A stretch of DNA of 64,000 bases from Candidatus Uhrbacteria bacterium (GTDB taxonomy: Bacteria > Patescibacteriota > Patescibacteriia > UBA9934 > GWF2-40-263). A program made the position numbers and the translations under genes. The notes under the pieces are model-generated. The model made no database searches, was not told the origin of the DNA, and saw nothing but the letters and a program-made list of their open reading frames with translations. Positions 9,856 to 18,483 of this stretch are shown here, in pieces (position 1 is the stretch's first letter; every line of letters begins with the position of its first letter). Where the stretch lies: contig JACQSK010000015.1 in the NCBI GenBank assembly GCA_016205975.1, positions 10,624-74,623 on the forward strand, given 5' to 3'.

Positions 9856-9931
9856 GGGCTCGTGGAGGTAATGGTAACCTCACCTGCTTTGACAACAGAA
9901 GTTGCCGGTTCGAATCCGGTCGGGTCCACCA
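9856..9931 (+). tRNA. tRNA-like gene with encoded CCA; canonical acceptor, D and T arms but a weak anticodon stem (nominal anticodon loop UUUGACA)
   Basis: Acceptor GGGCTCG/CGGGTCC (two G.U pairs), D stem GAGG/CCTC, T arm GCCGG-TTCGAAT-CCGGT, then discriminator A + CCA. The anticodon stem has C.A mismatches at both ends, so identity is unresolved. Confidence 0.5.
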
Positions 9932-9943
9932 TGATCCGGGTCC

Positions 9944-9994
9944 ACACCAAATCCGTCTCACGCGGACGGTTTGGTGTTTCTGGAGTTTTCTTTC
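9944..9994 (+). terminator. Intrinsic terminator after the tRNA-like gene
   Basis: 13-bp stem ACACCAAATCCGTC/GACGGTTTGGTGT, followed by a tandemly duplicated 14-nt T-rich unit TTTCTGGAGTTTTC. Confidence 0.55.
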
Positions 9995-10032
9995 TGGAGT
10001 TTTCTTTTCGACTTTGTTAAGCTCTCCCCACT

Positions 10033-11361
10033 ATGAATCTCGTCATGATAGGAACCGGCTATGTGGGGCTTACCACCGGCGTTGGGTTTGCCACGCTTGG
10101 GCACCAGGTGGCCTGCGTGGATATTGATGCGGGGAAAGTCGCGCGGCTGGATCGCGGGGAGGTCCCCTTTTATGAGCCGGGCCTTCAGGAGGCTCTGAAA
10201 CACGTCCAGGAAAAAGGACGCATCTTATTTACGTCTGATTTGAAAAGCGTCATCGGCGGCGCCGAGGTCGTGATGATCGCGGTGGGCACGCCGCCCAAGA
10301 GTTCGGGCGAGGCGGATTTGACCGCGCTATTTGCCGTGGCAGACCAGATCGGGAGCGTGTTGGATCATGAGGCCGTCATCGCGACCAAGAGCACCGTGCC
10401 CGTGGGCACCAACCGGATCGTCCTTGCGCGTGTGCGCGAAGCGATGCGCGCGGCCGGACGCGAGGAGCTTACGAGTCTTATCAACATCGTGTCCATTCCC
10501 GAGTTCCTGCGCGAGGGCTCGGCGTTTGAAGATTTTCTGCAGCCGGACCGCCTGGTGATCGGCTCGGACGATCGCGTCGCGGCACAGATCACCGAGCGCT
10601 TGCATCGTGACATCATCGCGCCCAGGGTGATGACCTCGCTTGAATCTGCGGAGCTCATCAAGTACGCGGCCAACGCGTTTCTCGCCACCAAGATTTCCTT
10701 CATCAATGAAATCGCCAACCTCGCCGACCGCGTGGGCGCGGATGTGCGCCACGTCGCCGAGGGTCTCGGGCATGACCACCGCATCGGTCCGCATTTTTTG
10801 AAAGCGGGCGTGGGATACGGCGGGTCGTGTTTTCCCAAAGACGTTTCCGCGCTCGAGCAAATCTCCGGCGCTCATGGGTATGCCTTCAAGCTGCTCTCCG
10901 CAGTGATCGAAGTGAATAATCGCCAGCGCGAGATGTTTTTTAAGCGCCTGGTGGAAGAGCTTGGTGGCGTGAGAGGGCGGCGCGTGGCCGTATGGGGGTT
11001 GGCCTTCAAAGCGCAGACGGACGATATTCGCGAGTCGGCGGGAATTGAGATCGCCCAGCGGCTGCACGCCACGGGAGCGGAGCTGTGCGTCTATGACCCG
11101 CAAGCGATGAACAACGCGCGCGCGGTCCTGTCGCCGCACGTTGAGTTCGCGCCCACGGCCATGGACGCCGCAGAGGGCGCGGACGCGCTGGTGGTCCTCA
11201 CCGAGTGGCCGGAGTTCCGCGAAGTGTCTTTTTCCACGCTGCACGACCGCATGCTCGAACCCAGGATTTTTGACGGCCGCAACCATCTTGCGGACCTGCA
11301 TCTGGAGAACCAAGGATTTATCTATCGCGGCGTGGGCTTGGGGAGCTATGCGTCTGCATGA
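10033..11361 (+). CDS. ugd: UDP-glucose 6-dehydrogenase
   Basis: N-terminal GTGYVGL Rossmann motif and GGSCFPKD catalytic-Cys motif. Confidence 0.9.
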   Translation: MNLVMIGTGYVGLTTGVGFATLGHQVACVDIDAGKVARLDRGEVPFYEPGLQEALKHVQEKGRILFTSDLKSVIGGAEVVMIAVGTPPKSSGEADLTALFAVADQIGSVLDHEAVIATKSTVPVGTNRIVLARVREAMRAAGREELTSLINIVSIPEFLREGSAFEDFLQPDRLVIGSDDRVAAQITERLHRDIIAPRVMTSLESAELIKYAANAFLATKISFINEIANLADRVGADVRHVAEGLGHDHRIGPHFLKAGVGYGGSCFPKDVSALEQISGAHGYAFKLLSAVIEVNNRQREMFFKRLVEELGGVRGRRVAVWGLAFKAQTDDIRESAGIEIAQRLHATGAELCVYDPQAMNNARAVLSPHVEFAPTAMDAAEGADALVVLTEWPEFREVSFSTLHDRMLEPRIFDGRNHLADLHLENQGFIYRGVGLGSYASA

Positions 11362-12820
11362 GGTGCTCAGCTCTCCCTCTAAGACACTCGCCATTTCGTT
11401 GGCGGTGTTTTGTTTTGGCATCCTGCTCGCCCGCGCGGTTCCCGTCTCCTGGTGGCAGGCGTTCTTTCTCTTGGCGGTTGTGCTGTGTGCGCTGTGTCTG
11501 ATCGTGAGACGCCGCGAGCTCCGGTTCCTCTTCGCGCTCGCCGCGATTTTTTTCTTCGCCCTGTTCCGCTTCACCTCCGCCATGACACCGTCCATGGTCC
11601 TCTCGCTCGCCGATGTCCCGAGCGCAGCCGCACGCGTGGAAGGCGTTGTCGCGGGACAGGTCGAGCGACGCGCGAACACGACTCGGGTCGTGCTCGAACA
11701 AGTCGTGGTCGGTCGTGATGCGCGTGCGGGCAAACTGCTCGTGTGGGCGCCGCTGTATCCGGAGATTCCTTTTGGCGCGCGCCTGGTGTTCAACTGCCGC
11801 ATCGCTCCGCCCGAGCCGATCGAAGGATTTGCCTATGACCGGTATCTGGAGAGCCAAGGGATTTTGGCCGTGTGTCTGCGGCCCGAGTATATCGACGTGA
11901 TCCCCTCGGAGTCGTTTTCTGTCGTGGGCGCGCTGCTCATGGTGAGAGACGCTGCCGTGCATCGCCTAGAACAGTCGGTGCCCGAACCGCACGCTTCGTT
12001 TCTGACGGGTCTCTTGTTGGGAGGGAGCTCGTCGCTCTCGCGTGAGCTGAAAGACGACTTTGCCGCGACGGGGACCTCGCACATCCTCGCCGCGTCCGGG
12101 TTCAACGTCTCTCTGTTCTCGCTCACGTTCCTTTCGTGGATCCTCACCACCCGCATCGGCCGCCGGCGCGGACTGCTCTTGGCGACCTTTCTGATCGTGA
12201 GCTATGTCCTCATGGCCGGGGCGACGCCCGCGGTGGTGCGTGCCGGGATCATGGGCGGCGTGGTGATCGTGTCCAAGTGGATTTCGCGCAAAGCGTACCT
12301 CGTGAACGTCTTGCTCGCGACCGCGAGCGTGATGCTCCTCATAGACCCGCTCGTCCTGAGCGACGTCGGGTTCCAGCTTTCGTTTGCGGCGACCGCGGGG
12401 ATCATCGCCCTGACCGACCGCGTGAGCGAGCGCCTCTCGTTTATTCCAGACCTGTTCGCGCTACGCACATCCTTTGCCGCGTCGCTGTGTGCCATCCTCG
12501 TTACGCTTCCAATCGTGCTCTGGCAGTTCGGCACCGTATCCTTGGTGGCACCATTCGTGAATCTCCTCGTCCTTCCGCTGGTTCCCTATGCAATGTGGCT
12601 GACCCTGCTCGCACTGGGAGCTGTGACTGTTTTTGGAACGCTAGTTCAGGCTGTGTTCATCCCTGCATGGGCCCTGTCCTCCTTCATGCTCTTTGTCATC
12701 TCCGCCTTCGGCGCGCTTCCGTTTGCCCTTGTGGAACCTGCCTATGCACAGATCCTCGCGGCTTTCGTGGCCGCGGTGCTCGTCGCATTTTTTCTCCGTC
12801 ATCGCTATGCCTCGCGTTAA
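11348..12820 (+). CDS. comEC: ComEC/Rec2 competence channel, membrane (DUF4131 + competence) part
   Basis: Polytopic membrane protein with the GLLLGG...ELKDDFAATGTSHILAASGFNVSL competence-domain signature. Start moved to ATG 11348; the track ORF from 11141 overlaps ugd. Confidence 0.8.
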   Translation: MRLHEVLSSPSKTLAISLAVFCFGILLARAVPVSWWQAFFLLAVVLCALCLIVRRRELRFLFALAAIFFFALFRFTSAMTPSMVLSLADVPSAAARVEGVVAGQVERRANTTRVVLEQVVVGRDARAGKLLVWAPLYPEIPFGARLVFNCRIAPPEPIEGFAYDRYLESQGILAVCLRPEYIDVIPSESFSVVGALLMVRDAAVHRLEQSVPEPHASFLTGLLLGGSSSLSRELKDDFAATGTSHILAASGFNVSLFSLTFLSWILTTRIGRRRGLLLATFLIVSYVLMAGATPAVVRAGIMGGVVIVSKWISRKAYLVNVLLATASVMLLIDPLVLSDVGFQLSFAATAGIIALTDRVSERLSFIPDLFALRTSFAASLCAILVTLPIVLWQFGTVSLVAPFVNLLVLPLVPYAMWLTLLALGAVTVFGTLVQAVFIPAWALSSFMLFVISAFGALPFALVEPAYAQILAAFVAAVLVAFFLRHRYASR

Positions 12821-13712
12821 GCCGCATCACCCCCTCATCGACGCGCGCAGCGTGCACGGCGTGCTGCTCGTCAGCGCCACGCTGTTGTTTTCTTTTGGCC
12901 TCTGGATCGTGCACAGCGCGCAGCCGTTTCCCTGGCAAGAGTGGCCGCTCAAAGTTTGGATGTTGGACGTGGGCCAAGGCGATGCGCTCTTCATCGAGTT
13001 TCCCACGGGCGAGCAGATGCTCGTGGACGGCGGACCCGACAACGCCGTGCTCGAGCGCCTCGGAAGCGTGCTTGCGCCCTGGGATCGCACGCTCAACGCC
13101 GTCGTCCTCACGCACCCGGATGCCGATCATGTGACGGGCATCATCGCCGTTCTCGACCGCTACCGTGTGGGCACGGTTTACGAGAGTGGCGTGGGGGCGC
13201 ACACGCCGTTTGGGGCTGCGTACGAGGCGCGCAAAGAAGGCGCGGGGAGGCTCGAGCAGATCGCCTTGGGCGACGTCATTGCGGTGGGCGAGGTGACACT
13301 CACGGTGTTGTGGCCGGAGGAAACGCAGGAGGGGCGCTACCCGGAAACGCGCAATAACCTCTCGGTGAACTTCCTGCTCGAGTACGGCGACACGTCCATG
13401 CTCTTCACAGGCGACGCCGAGCAGGACGTCGAGGCTTTCGTGGCTCCGCGCGCAAAGGACATCGACGTCTTGAAGGTCGGCCATCACGGCAGTCTCACCT
13501 CTACAAGCTGGAAGCTCCTCGAACTCACGCAGCCGGAGATCGCGCTCATCTCGGCGGGGAAGGATAATGCCTATGGCCATCCTCATCCCGTCGTGCTTGA
13601 TCGCCTTGAGAGGTTCGGCGCGCAGATTTTCCGAACGGACATGGACGGCGACATCTTGCTGACATCCTTTGGCGGCGAGCCCAGCGTTGACGCTCGCACC
13701 TTGCCGTTCTAG
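12807..13712 (+). CDS. comEC: ComEC C-terminal metallo-beta-lactamase domain, encoded as a separate overlapping ORF
   Basis: THPDADHVTG (HxHxDH) MBL motif and LKVGHHGS. ATG at 12807 overlaps the upstream stop (12818-12820) by 14 nt in another frame. Confidence 0.75.
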   Translation: MPRVKPHHPLIDARSVHGVLLVSATLLFSFGLWIVHSAQPFPWQEWPLKVWMLDVGQGDALFIEFPTGEQMLVDGGPDNAVLERLGSVLAPWDRTLNAVVLTHPDADHVTGIIAVLDRYRVGTVYESGVGAHTPFGAAYEARKEGAGRLEQIALGDVIAVGEVTLTVLWPEETQEGRYPETRNNLSVNFLLEYGDTSMLFTGDAEQDVEAFVAPRAKDIDVLKVGHHGSLTSTSWKLLELTQPEIALISAGKDNAYGHPHPVVLDRLERFGAQIFRTDMDGDILLTSFGGEPSVDARTLPF

Positions 13713-13744
13713 TGGAGTCGTGATAGTTTTTGTGCAACAAATCT

Positions 13745-14212
13745 ATGCCAGACAAACAACAGACACTCGTCTTACTCAAACCCGATGCGCTCCAGCGCGA
13801 TCTCTTGGGTGAGATTATTCGCCGCTTTGAAATGAAGGGACTCAAAATCGTTGGTCTCAAGTTCGTGCGTCTGACTGAGGCACTCCTGGAGGAGCATTAT
13901 GCACACCTTGCCGACAAGCCGTTTTTTGCGAGCTTGAAACAGTTCATGATGCAGACGCCCGTGGTGGGCCTTGTCTTGGAAGGTTATGACGCGGTTGCCG
14001 AAATCCGTAAAGTCGTCGGCTCAACAAACCCCCGCGCGGCCGACGCCGGTACGATCCGCGCGGACTTCTCCATGAACATGCCTTCCAACCTGATTCACGC
14101 ATCCGACTCTCCCGAGTCGGCCGAGACGGAGATCAAACGATTCTTCAAGGACGACGAGCTCTTTTCCTACGAGAAAATCACGGATCGCTATATTTTTGGA
14201 GAAGGCGTCTAA
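13745..14212 (+). CDS. ndk: Nucleoside diphosphate kinase
   Basis: NLIHASDSPESAE active-site His region and typical Ndk length. Confidence 0.9.
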   Translation: MPDKQQTLVLLKPDALQRDLLGEIIRRFEMKGLKIVGLKFVRLTEALLEEHYAHLADKPFFASLKQFMMQTPVVGLVLEGYDAVAEIRKVVGSTNPRAADAGTIRADFSMNMPSNLIHASDSPESAETEIKRFFKDDELFSYEKITDRYIFGEGV

Positions 14213-14235
14213 CTGTGTAAAACTTCTGGATGAAC

Positions 14236-14590
14236 GAGGGATAACGTACCCTTGCGCGGCTTGCGGCATTTTGAGAGCATGGTACATTTAGATTGCCTTA
14301 CGGTCAGATGGGTGTGTCCCATGAACAAACCTTACCCACGGTCCGGGAATGCCAAGCTTCGGCAGGGCAATAGGACCTTACGGTTTGAACCCACTGTTGA
14401 CGTCGACATGGTGGATACGACAAGCTGCCATCATCGCGCAACAACAGGACTGATACGGAACCCGAGGAAACGGCTAAGAGGGTTATCCGTCGCAACCGCA
14501 CTCTGCACCAACCTTATCTGGGCCACCCATTTTTCCGTAGGGCGCCAAAAATGAAACCACTCTTCGAACCATTCGGAGAGTGGTTTTGTG
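14236..14590 (+). ncRNA. Candidate structured ncRNA with faint RNase P RNA-like motifs, ending in a strong intrinsic terminator; identity unproven
   Basis: No credible ORF. GGUCCGGG (14345) and ACGGAACCCG...GGCUAAG (14455) resemble P4 strands. GGGATAAC (14238) can pair with GTTATCC (14482). A 15-bp hairpin plus U-run sits at 14554-14590. Confidence 0.25.
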
Positions 14591-14635
14591 TGAGGCGTCT
14601 TTTCAATCGCTCTCATTTCAGGCAATCTGTGACGT

Positions 14636-14669
14636 AATGAGCCATCAATTCCAATGAGCCATCGATTCA
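14636..14669 (+). repeat. Tandem 17-nt direct repeat (AATGAGCCATCRATTCM x2) inside the non-coding stretch
   Basis: Seen directly in the sequence. Confidence 0.6.
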
Positions 14670-15053
14670 AAGGACCTTTCAAAGACTAGCCATAGCTTCA
14701 GCGATGGCTGGCAGGGGCGTTCCTGAGGTGAGCGCGTACTTCGTCTCTCGGGTAGACCCAAAGGCCTCATCCTAGACTGCGCCAACGCTTTCCGTCATCC
14801 TAACGACGAGTCCTCGAAAAGTAAGGATCCCATTTCCGAGCGTGCGATCCACAACGCGATCCCTCACTCCCTACGAGATAACGGACAATGAACCATAGCC
14901 CACCATGTCTCCTATGCGCCCCTTTCTTGAAAACCCATTCACCCCAGAACCCAAGACCCCACGCCGCATCGGTACCCTGGCCGCGTGCGGCGGGCGAACG
15001 CATCGACCTCGGCCGCGCATGGGGCTTGTTCTCAATTAAAACAGTTCACCACG

Positions 15054-15077
15054 AAAGGCTGATACAGCCTTTTTTCT
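15054..15077 (+). terminator. Intrinsic terminator closing the 14.2-15.1 kb non-coding stretch
   Basis: Stem AAGGCTG / CAGCCTT with loop ATA, followed by TTTTTT. Confidence 0.55.
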
Positions 15078-15125
15078 TATCGCAAAAAACCGCCCACGGG
15101 ATGTGAGCGGTCGAAGGTGACTACG

Positions 15126-17051
15126 CTATGACCGCATCCACGACCGGTCTTGCACGACCGGCAGTTGCAAGGCGCGTTCGCGGTCCAGGTCGAGGCTGCC
15201 CAGGTGGGCGCACAGCGGCGTCTGCACCCACTTGAAAATGGAGTTCAGGAACAGCCGTGCGAAGCGGTCGACCCACTCGGGGATCCGGGGTTCATCGCTC
15301 CACATCTGTTGGAGCACGACCTTGACCTCCTCGATGGTCATTTTCTCGCCCACGAACAGGGCGAAGCAGGCATCGAGGATCGGGAAGGGCATGAGGTCGT
15401 TTTCATCCGACTGGCCGTCCTGCAGTTCGGCCGATGCCGTGCTCGTGTCCAGAACCGAGAGGATCCACAGGCCTGTCTTCTCATACCACCAGCGGAGGAA
15501 TTCGATCACGACCGTCTTGGGCAGGTTCGCGATGAGACCGTAGGCACCCATCATGTCCCCGCCGATGGTCGTATAGCCGACAGCCTTCTCGCTCATATTG
15601 GACGTCTGCAGCCACAGACCCTGGCACTCGTTGGCTAGGTTCCACATCCGCTCGCCGCGCACGCGCGCTTGGATGTTCTGTTCCACCTGGGGGCTGAGCG
15701 TTTGTGTGTTGAGAGTCGCCATGAGGGCTGCGCGTTCTTGCTGCACGGCTTCGTGGATGGGGGAGACGAGGAGCGTTACGCCCAGGTCGTCGCAGACCCG
15801 GCGCGAGATTGAGCGTGTTTCCTGCGAGTTGTGGACGCTTGGCATGTCCACGCACCAAATCATCTCGCGCAGGAATGCAGAGCGCTCTTCACCCACAAGT
15901 CCGCGCCGCGCCGCCTCTTGCTCTACGGCTCGATGGACAAGCAGGAGCGTCAGGCAGGAATCCTTCCCGCCCGAGAGGGCGATGAGGAACCGCTTGAACG
16001 CGCCGGACTTTTCAAAGTAGTCCCAGGCGGCTAGGGGGATGACGAGAGCGAGGTCCTCGAAGTAGCGATCGCGCGCGCTTGTGGGCTTCTCTGATTCCGG
16101 AAGGAAGAAGCTCTTGTGTGCGGGGGCGGGGTAGGGGAGACTCGAGTCGGGAACGGCCACGGCCTTGAGGGCGTCATCGGTGATGAGAGCGGTGCGCTTG
16201 TGGAGCGCCAAGTATTGCTGGGCGCTGCGCCGCCAGGTTGTGTTCTCGTTTCTCATGCGTCGTACGCGGTCGAGGTCGACCACGCACGCTTCCCAGCCCA
16301 CGCGGCCGCGCGTGGCGTCCATGCACAGTCGGCCGCACTGGTTCACACAGCCGCCGCCGTCGAAGACGAGGCTGTCCTGCGCGCCCACGAGGTTGGCGTA
16401 GACGACCGTCGCACAGTTGTCGCTGGCGCGCGTGGCGATCATCTCGCGGCGCGTGTTCGTGATGCCGATATGAAACGGCGAGGCACTGATGTTGACGACG
16501 ACCTCCGCGCCGGAAAACGCGCGACGCACCATAGGGCCATCTGGGCGCCAGAGGTCTTCGCAGACTTCCAGCGCGAGCTTGCCAAACCCCAGCTCGAAGA
16601 TCATGTCGCCGATAGGGATCGCGCCTACGCTTTCACGCATACCGATCGAGCCGGACGTGACCGTGCGTCCTTCGTAGAAGACGTTGTAGTCGGGGAGGTT
16701 CTCCTTGGGGACCAGTCCTACCACGCGTCCGTCAGCCAAGAGCGCGGCGACGTTGTAGAGATGGCCGTCCAGGGGAACCGTGAGGCCGACCACTACGGCC
16801 ATGTCTTTCGTAACACTCTCTCCCAGCGTGCGGGCAAGCCGCTCGAGCTCGACGCCTTGCTGGTCAACGAAGCTCGACCACTGCACAAGGTCCTCGCAGG
16901 GATATCCTGAAACCGACAGCTCGCCGAAGGCCGCAATCTGACAGCCCGTTTGGGCCATATCGTGTGCCTGTCCGAGGATGGCGTCGACGTTCTTCCTGAA
17001 CGCGCCGACCGTTGGGTTCACGTTGCCGATGCCGATTTGGACGAGGCGCAT
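15126..17051 (-). CDS. nadE: Glutamine-dependent NAD+ synthetase (CN-hydrolase domain + NAD-synthase domain)
   Basis: N-terminal nitrilase-type domain and the SGGKDS PP-loop of NAD synthetase. Confidence 0.9.
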   Translation of the reverse strand: MRLVQIGIGNVNPTVGAFRKNVDAILGQAHDMAQTGCQIAAFGELSVSGYPCEDLVQWSSFVDQQGVELERLARTLGESVTKDMAVVVGLTVPLDGHLYNVAALLADGRVVGLVPKENLPDYNVFYEGRTVTSGSIGMRESVGAIPIGDMIFELGFGKLALEVCEDLWRPDGPMVRRAFSGAEVVVNISASPFHIGITNTRREMIATRASDNCATVVYANLVGAQDSLVFDGGGCVNQCGRLCMDATRGRVGWEACVVDLDRVRRMRNENTTWRRSAQQYLALHKRTALITDDALKAVAVPDSSLPYPAPAHKSFFLPESEKPTSARDRYFEDLALVIPLAAWDYFEKSGAFKRFLIALSGGKDSCLTLLLVHRAVEQEAARRGLVGEERSAFLREMIWCVDMPSVHNSQETRSISRRVCDDLGVTLLVSPIHEAVQQERAALMATLNTQTLSPQVEQNIQARVRGERMWNLANECQGLWLQTSNMSEKAVGYTTIGGDMMGAYGLIANLPKTVVIEFLRWWYEKTGLWILSVLDTSTASAELQDGQSDENDLMPFPILDACFALFVGEKMTIEEVKVVLQQMWSDEPRIPEWVDRFARLFLNSIFKWVQTPLCAHLGSLDLDRERALQLPVVQDRSWMRS

Positions 17052-17185
17052 AGGAGACTCCTAAAGAAGTTCAATTTCGAACAAGGGCCGAGGAAGGAGA
17101 GGGCCGCGAGGTTCATCATGGGCGTGGGGGACGCGTCCTGTCAAATCGAAGTCATTTGAGACCTACGCGAAAAGCAGATCGCCAT

Positions 17186-17240
17186 TTGAAAACCACCCTG
17201 AGCGAGCTCGGTTCAGGGACCGAGTCGAAGGGTGGTGTGT
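17186..17240 (-). terminator. Intrinsic terminator (minus strand) after the 17248-17880 membrane-protein gene
   Basis: On the minus strand: CACCACCCT...AGGGTGG hairpin with a nested CTCGG/CCGAG stem, followed by TTTTCAAAT. Confidence 0.5.
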
Positions 17241-17247
17241 TGTCGTG

Positions 17248-17880
17248 TCAGGCGGCGCGGGCGCGGTGGTAGTCCAGCTCGGCATCACGAGCCACGCGGC
17301 GGGCGGTGGAACGGATGATGAGCGCGGTGGTTGCGATCCCTCCGATGACCGCGCCGATCACGAGCAGGATCACGAGGAGCTTGCCCTTGTCGTCGCCCTT
17401 GAAGAAGGACGACACGCCCGAGAAGGCGCTGGGTACGTTGCGCAGGCCCGAGCCGATGTTGTAGATCTGGGCGAAGGTGTTCCACCCGGCGATGGCGCCG
17501 TTCTTGAGCGAGCGCTCCCGGTAGAAGTGCGCCCAGCTCTGGAGCGTGATCGCGAGGCCCGAACCGACGATCGGGAAGTAGACCACGAGGTATCCGAGCT
17601 CCAAGGACGCCTTGGCCATCGCCTCGCTCACGAGCGGGGCCGTGACGGCTTGCACCCCTTCCCCGTCGGTGATGGGGATGAAGGTTCCCCCTACGACGAG
17701 CACGATCAGGTAGCACCAGGTGAACCCCGATGCCGACATGATGGCGCCCATCCAGTTCATGAAGTGGGCGAACCCTCCGACCGCCCTGGTTTCGTTCCAG
17801 GCGCGGCCGCAGCTCCAGGCGTTGAACCAGGAGATGGCGAAGTTGAGCACGAACATGAATGCAACGAGGGCCAAGACCAT
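17248..17880 (-). CDS. Hypothetical integral membrane protein (210 aa)
   Basis: Sensible hydrophobic multi-TM composition. The overlapping + strand ORFs (17245-17964 etc.) are Arg/Gly/Asp-rich antisense artefacts. Confidence 0.6.
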   Translation of the reverse strand: MVLALVAFMFVLNFAISWFNAWSCGRAWNETRAVGGFAHFMNWMGAIMSASGFTWCYLIVLVVGGTFIPITDGEGVQAVTAPLVSEAMAKASLELGYLVVYFPIVGSGLAITLQSWAHFYRERSLKNGAIAGWNTFAQIYNIGSGLRNVPSAFSGVSSFFKGDDKGKLLVILLVIGAVIGGIATTALIIRSTARRVARDAELDYHRARAA

Positions 17881-17979
17881 GGGATCTCCCAGCCGTTGAT
17901 TTCGGCGCCGACATCATGCTCGTTTTTTGGAAAATTGTCAATGGCCTTTTGGAAGATTGTTTGACGTGCGCGGCAGAAC

Positions 17980-18441
17980 GTGATAGCCTGGCCCCTCGTT
18001 TCTCAAGGAGTCGAGATGGAAGAGGTACTGACCAAACCGTTCTACGTCGTCCGTGTTTCGGCCGATGCGAAGTTCGTTCTCGTAGCGCAGTATGCGAAGG
18101 GCACTCCGCTCAAGGAGCGAACCTACTACCGTTGCACGTATGCGGACAACAGGTTCCGTAGGTGCACCTGGGAAGCCGCTCTGCAGTCAAGCAGCGGGAT
18201 CGCCAGCGGGATGGGCTACGGGGAGTTGCCGGACGCTCCGTTCGATTCGATGAAAGCCGTCCGTGCTTGGAGGACGCGCGCGCGACTGGTGGCGCAGATC
18301 GCGTCGTGCCGGGAGATCATCGGGTTCTACGAGGGTGAGCCTCGCACGCAAGCCCAGATGCGAGCCCGGGTCAAGTCTCTCGAAAAGAAACTCGCGAAGC
18401 TGGACGCGCAGGCGGCGGCCCATTCTCCCCTCGGATCCTGA
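17980..18441 (+). CDS. Hypothetical protein (possible true start at the MEEVLTKPF ATG near 18016)
   Basis: ORF with ordinary composition lying between divergent genes. No recognisable family. Confidence 0.45.
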   Translation: MIAWPLVSQGVEMEEVLTKPFYVVRVSADAKFVLVAQYAKGTPLKERTYYRCTYADNRFRRCTWEAALQSSSGIASGMGYGELPDAPFDSMKAVRAWRTRARLVAQIASCREIIGFYEGEPRTQAQMRARVKSLEKKLAKLDAQAAAHSPLGS

Positions 18442-18483
18442 CCCGCGAGTTCAAACGAGCAACCACGCACTGGTTGCTTTTTT

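Noticed and set aside
11141-11347. 5' extension of the comEC ORF in the track, overlapping the end of ugd in another frame
   Set aside because: The translation is Arg/Trp/Ser-rich with no homology. The ComEC N-terminal membrane domain begins at the ATG at 11348.
14340-14490. Confident annotation of this segment as rnpB (RNase P RNA)
   Set aside because: P4-like strand motifs are present, but the GAGGAAAGUCC context, the GGUAAGAGCGCACC region and the canonical motif order are not. Kept only as a low-confidence candidate pending a covariance-model search.
14252-14554. 100-aa ORF inside the ndk-nadE gap
   Set aside because: Arg/Thr/Cys-rich composition, no homology, lower-GC context ending in a terminator hairpin. 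More consistent with non-coding RNA than protein.
14600-15080. tmRNA, SRP RNA or 6S RNA in the second half of the gap
   Set aside because: No tRNA-like 3' end with a T-loop, no GGAAGCAGCC-type SRP domain-IV motif and no obvious tag reading frame. Identity left open.
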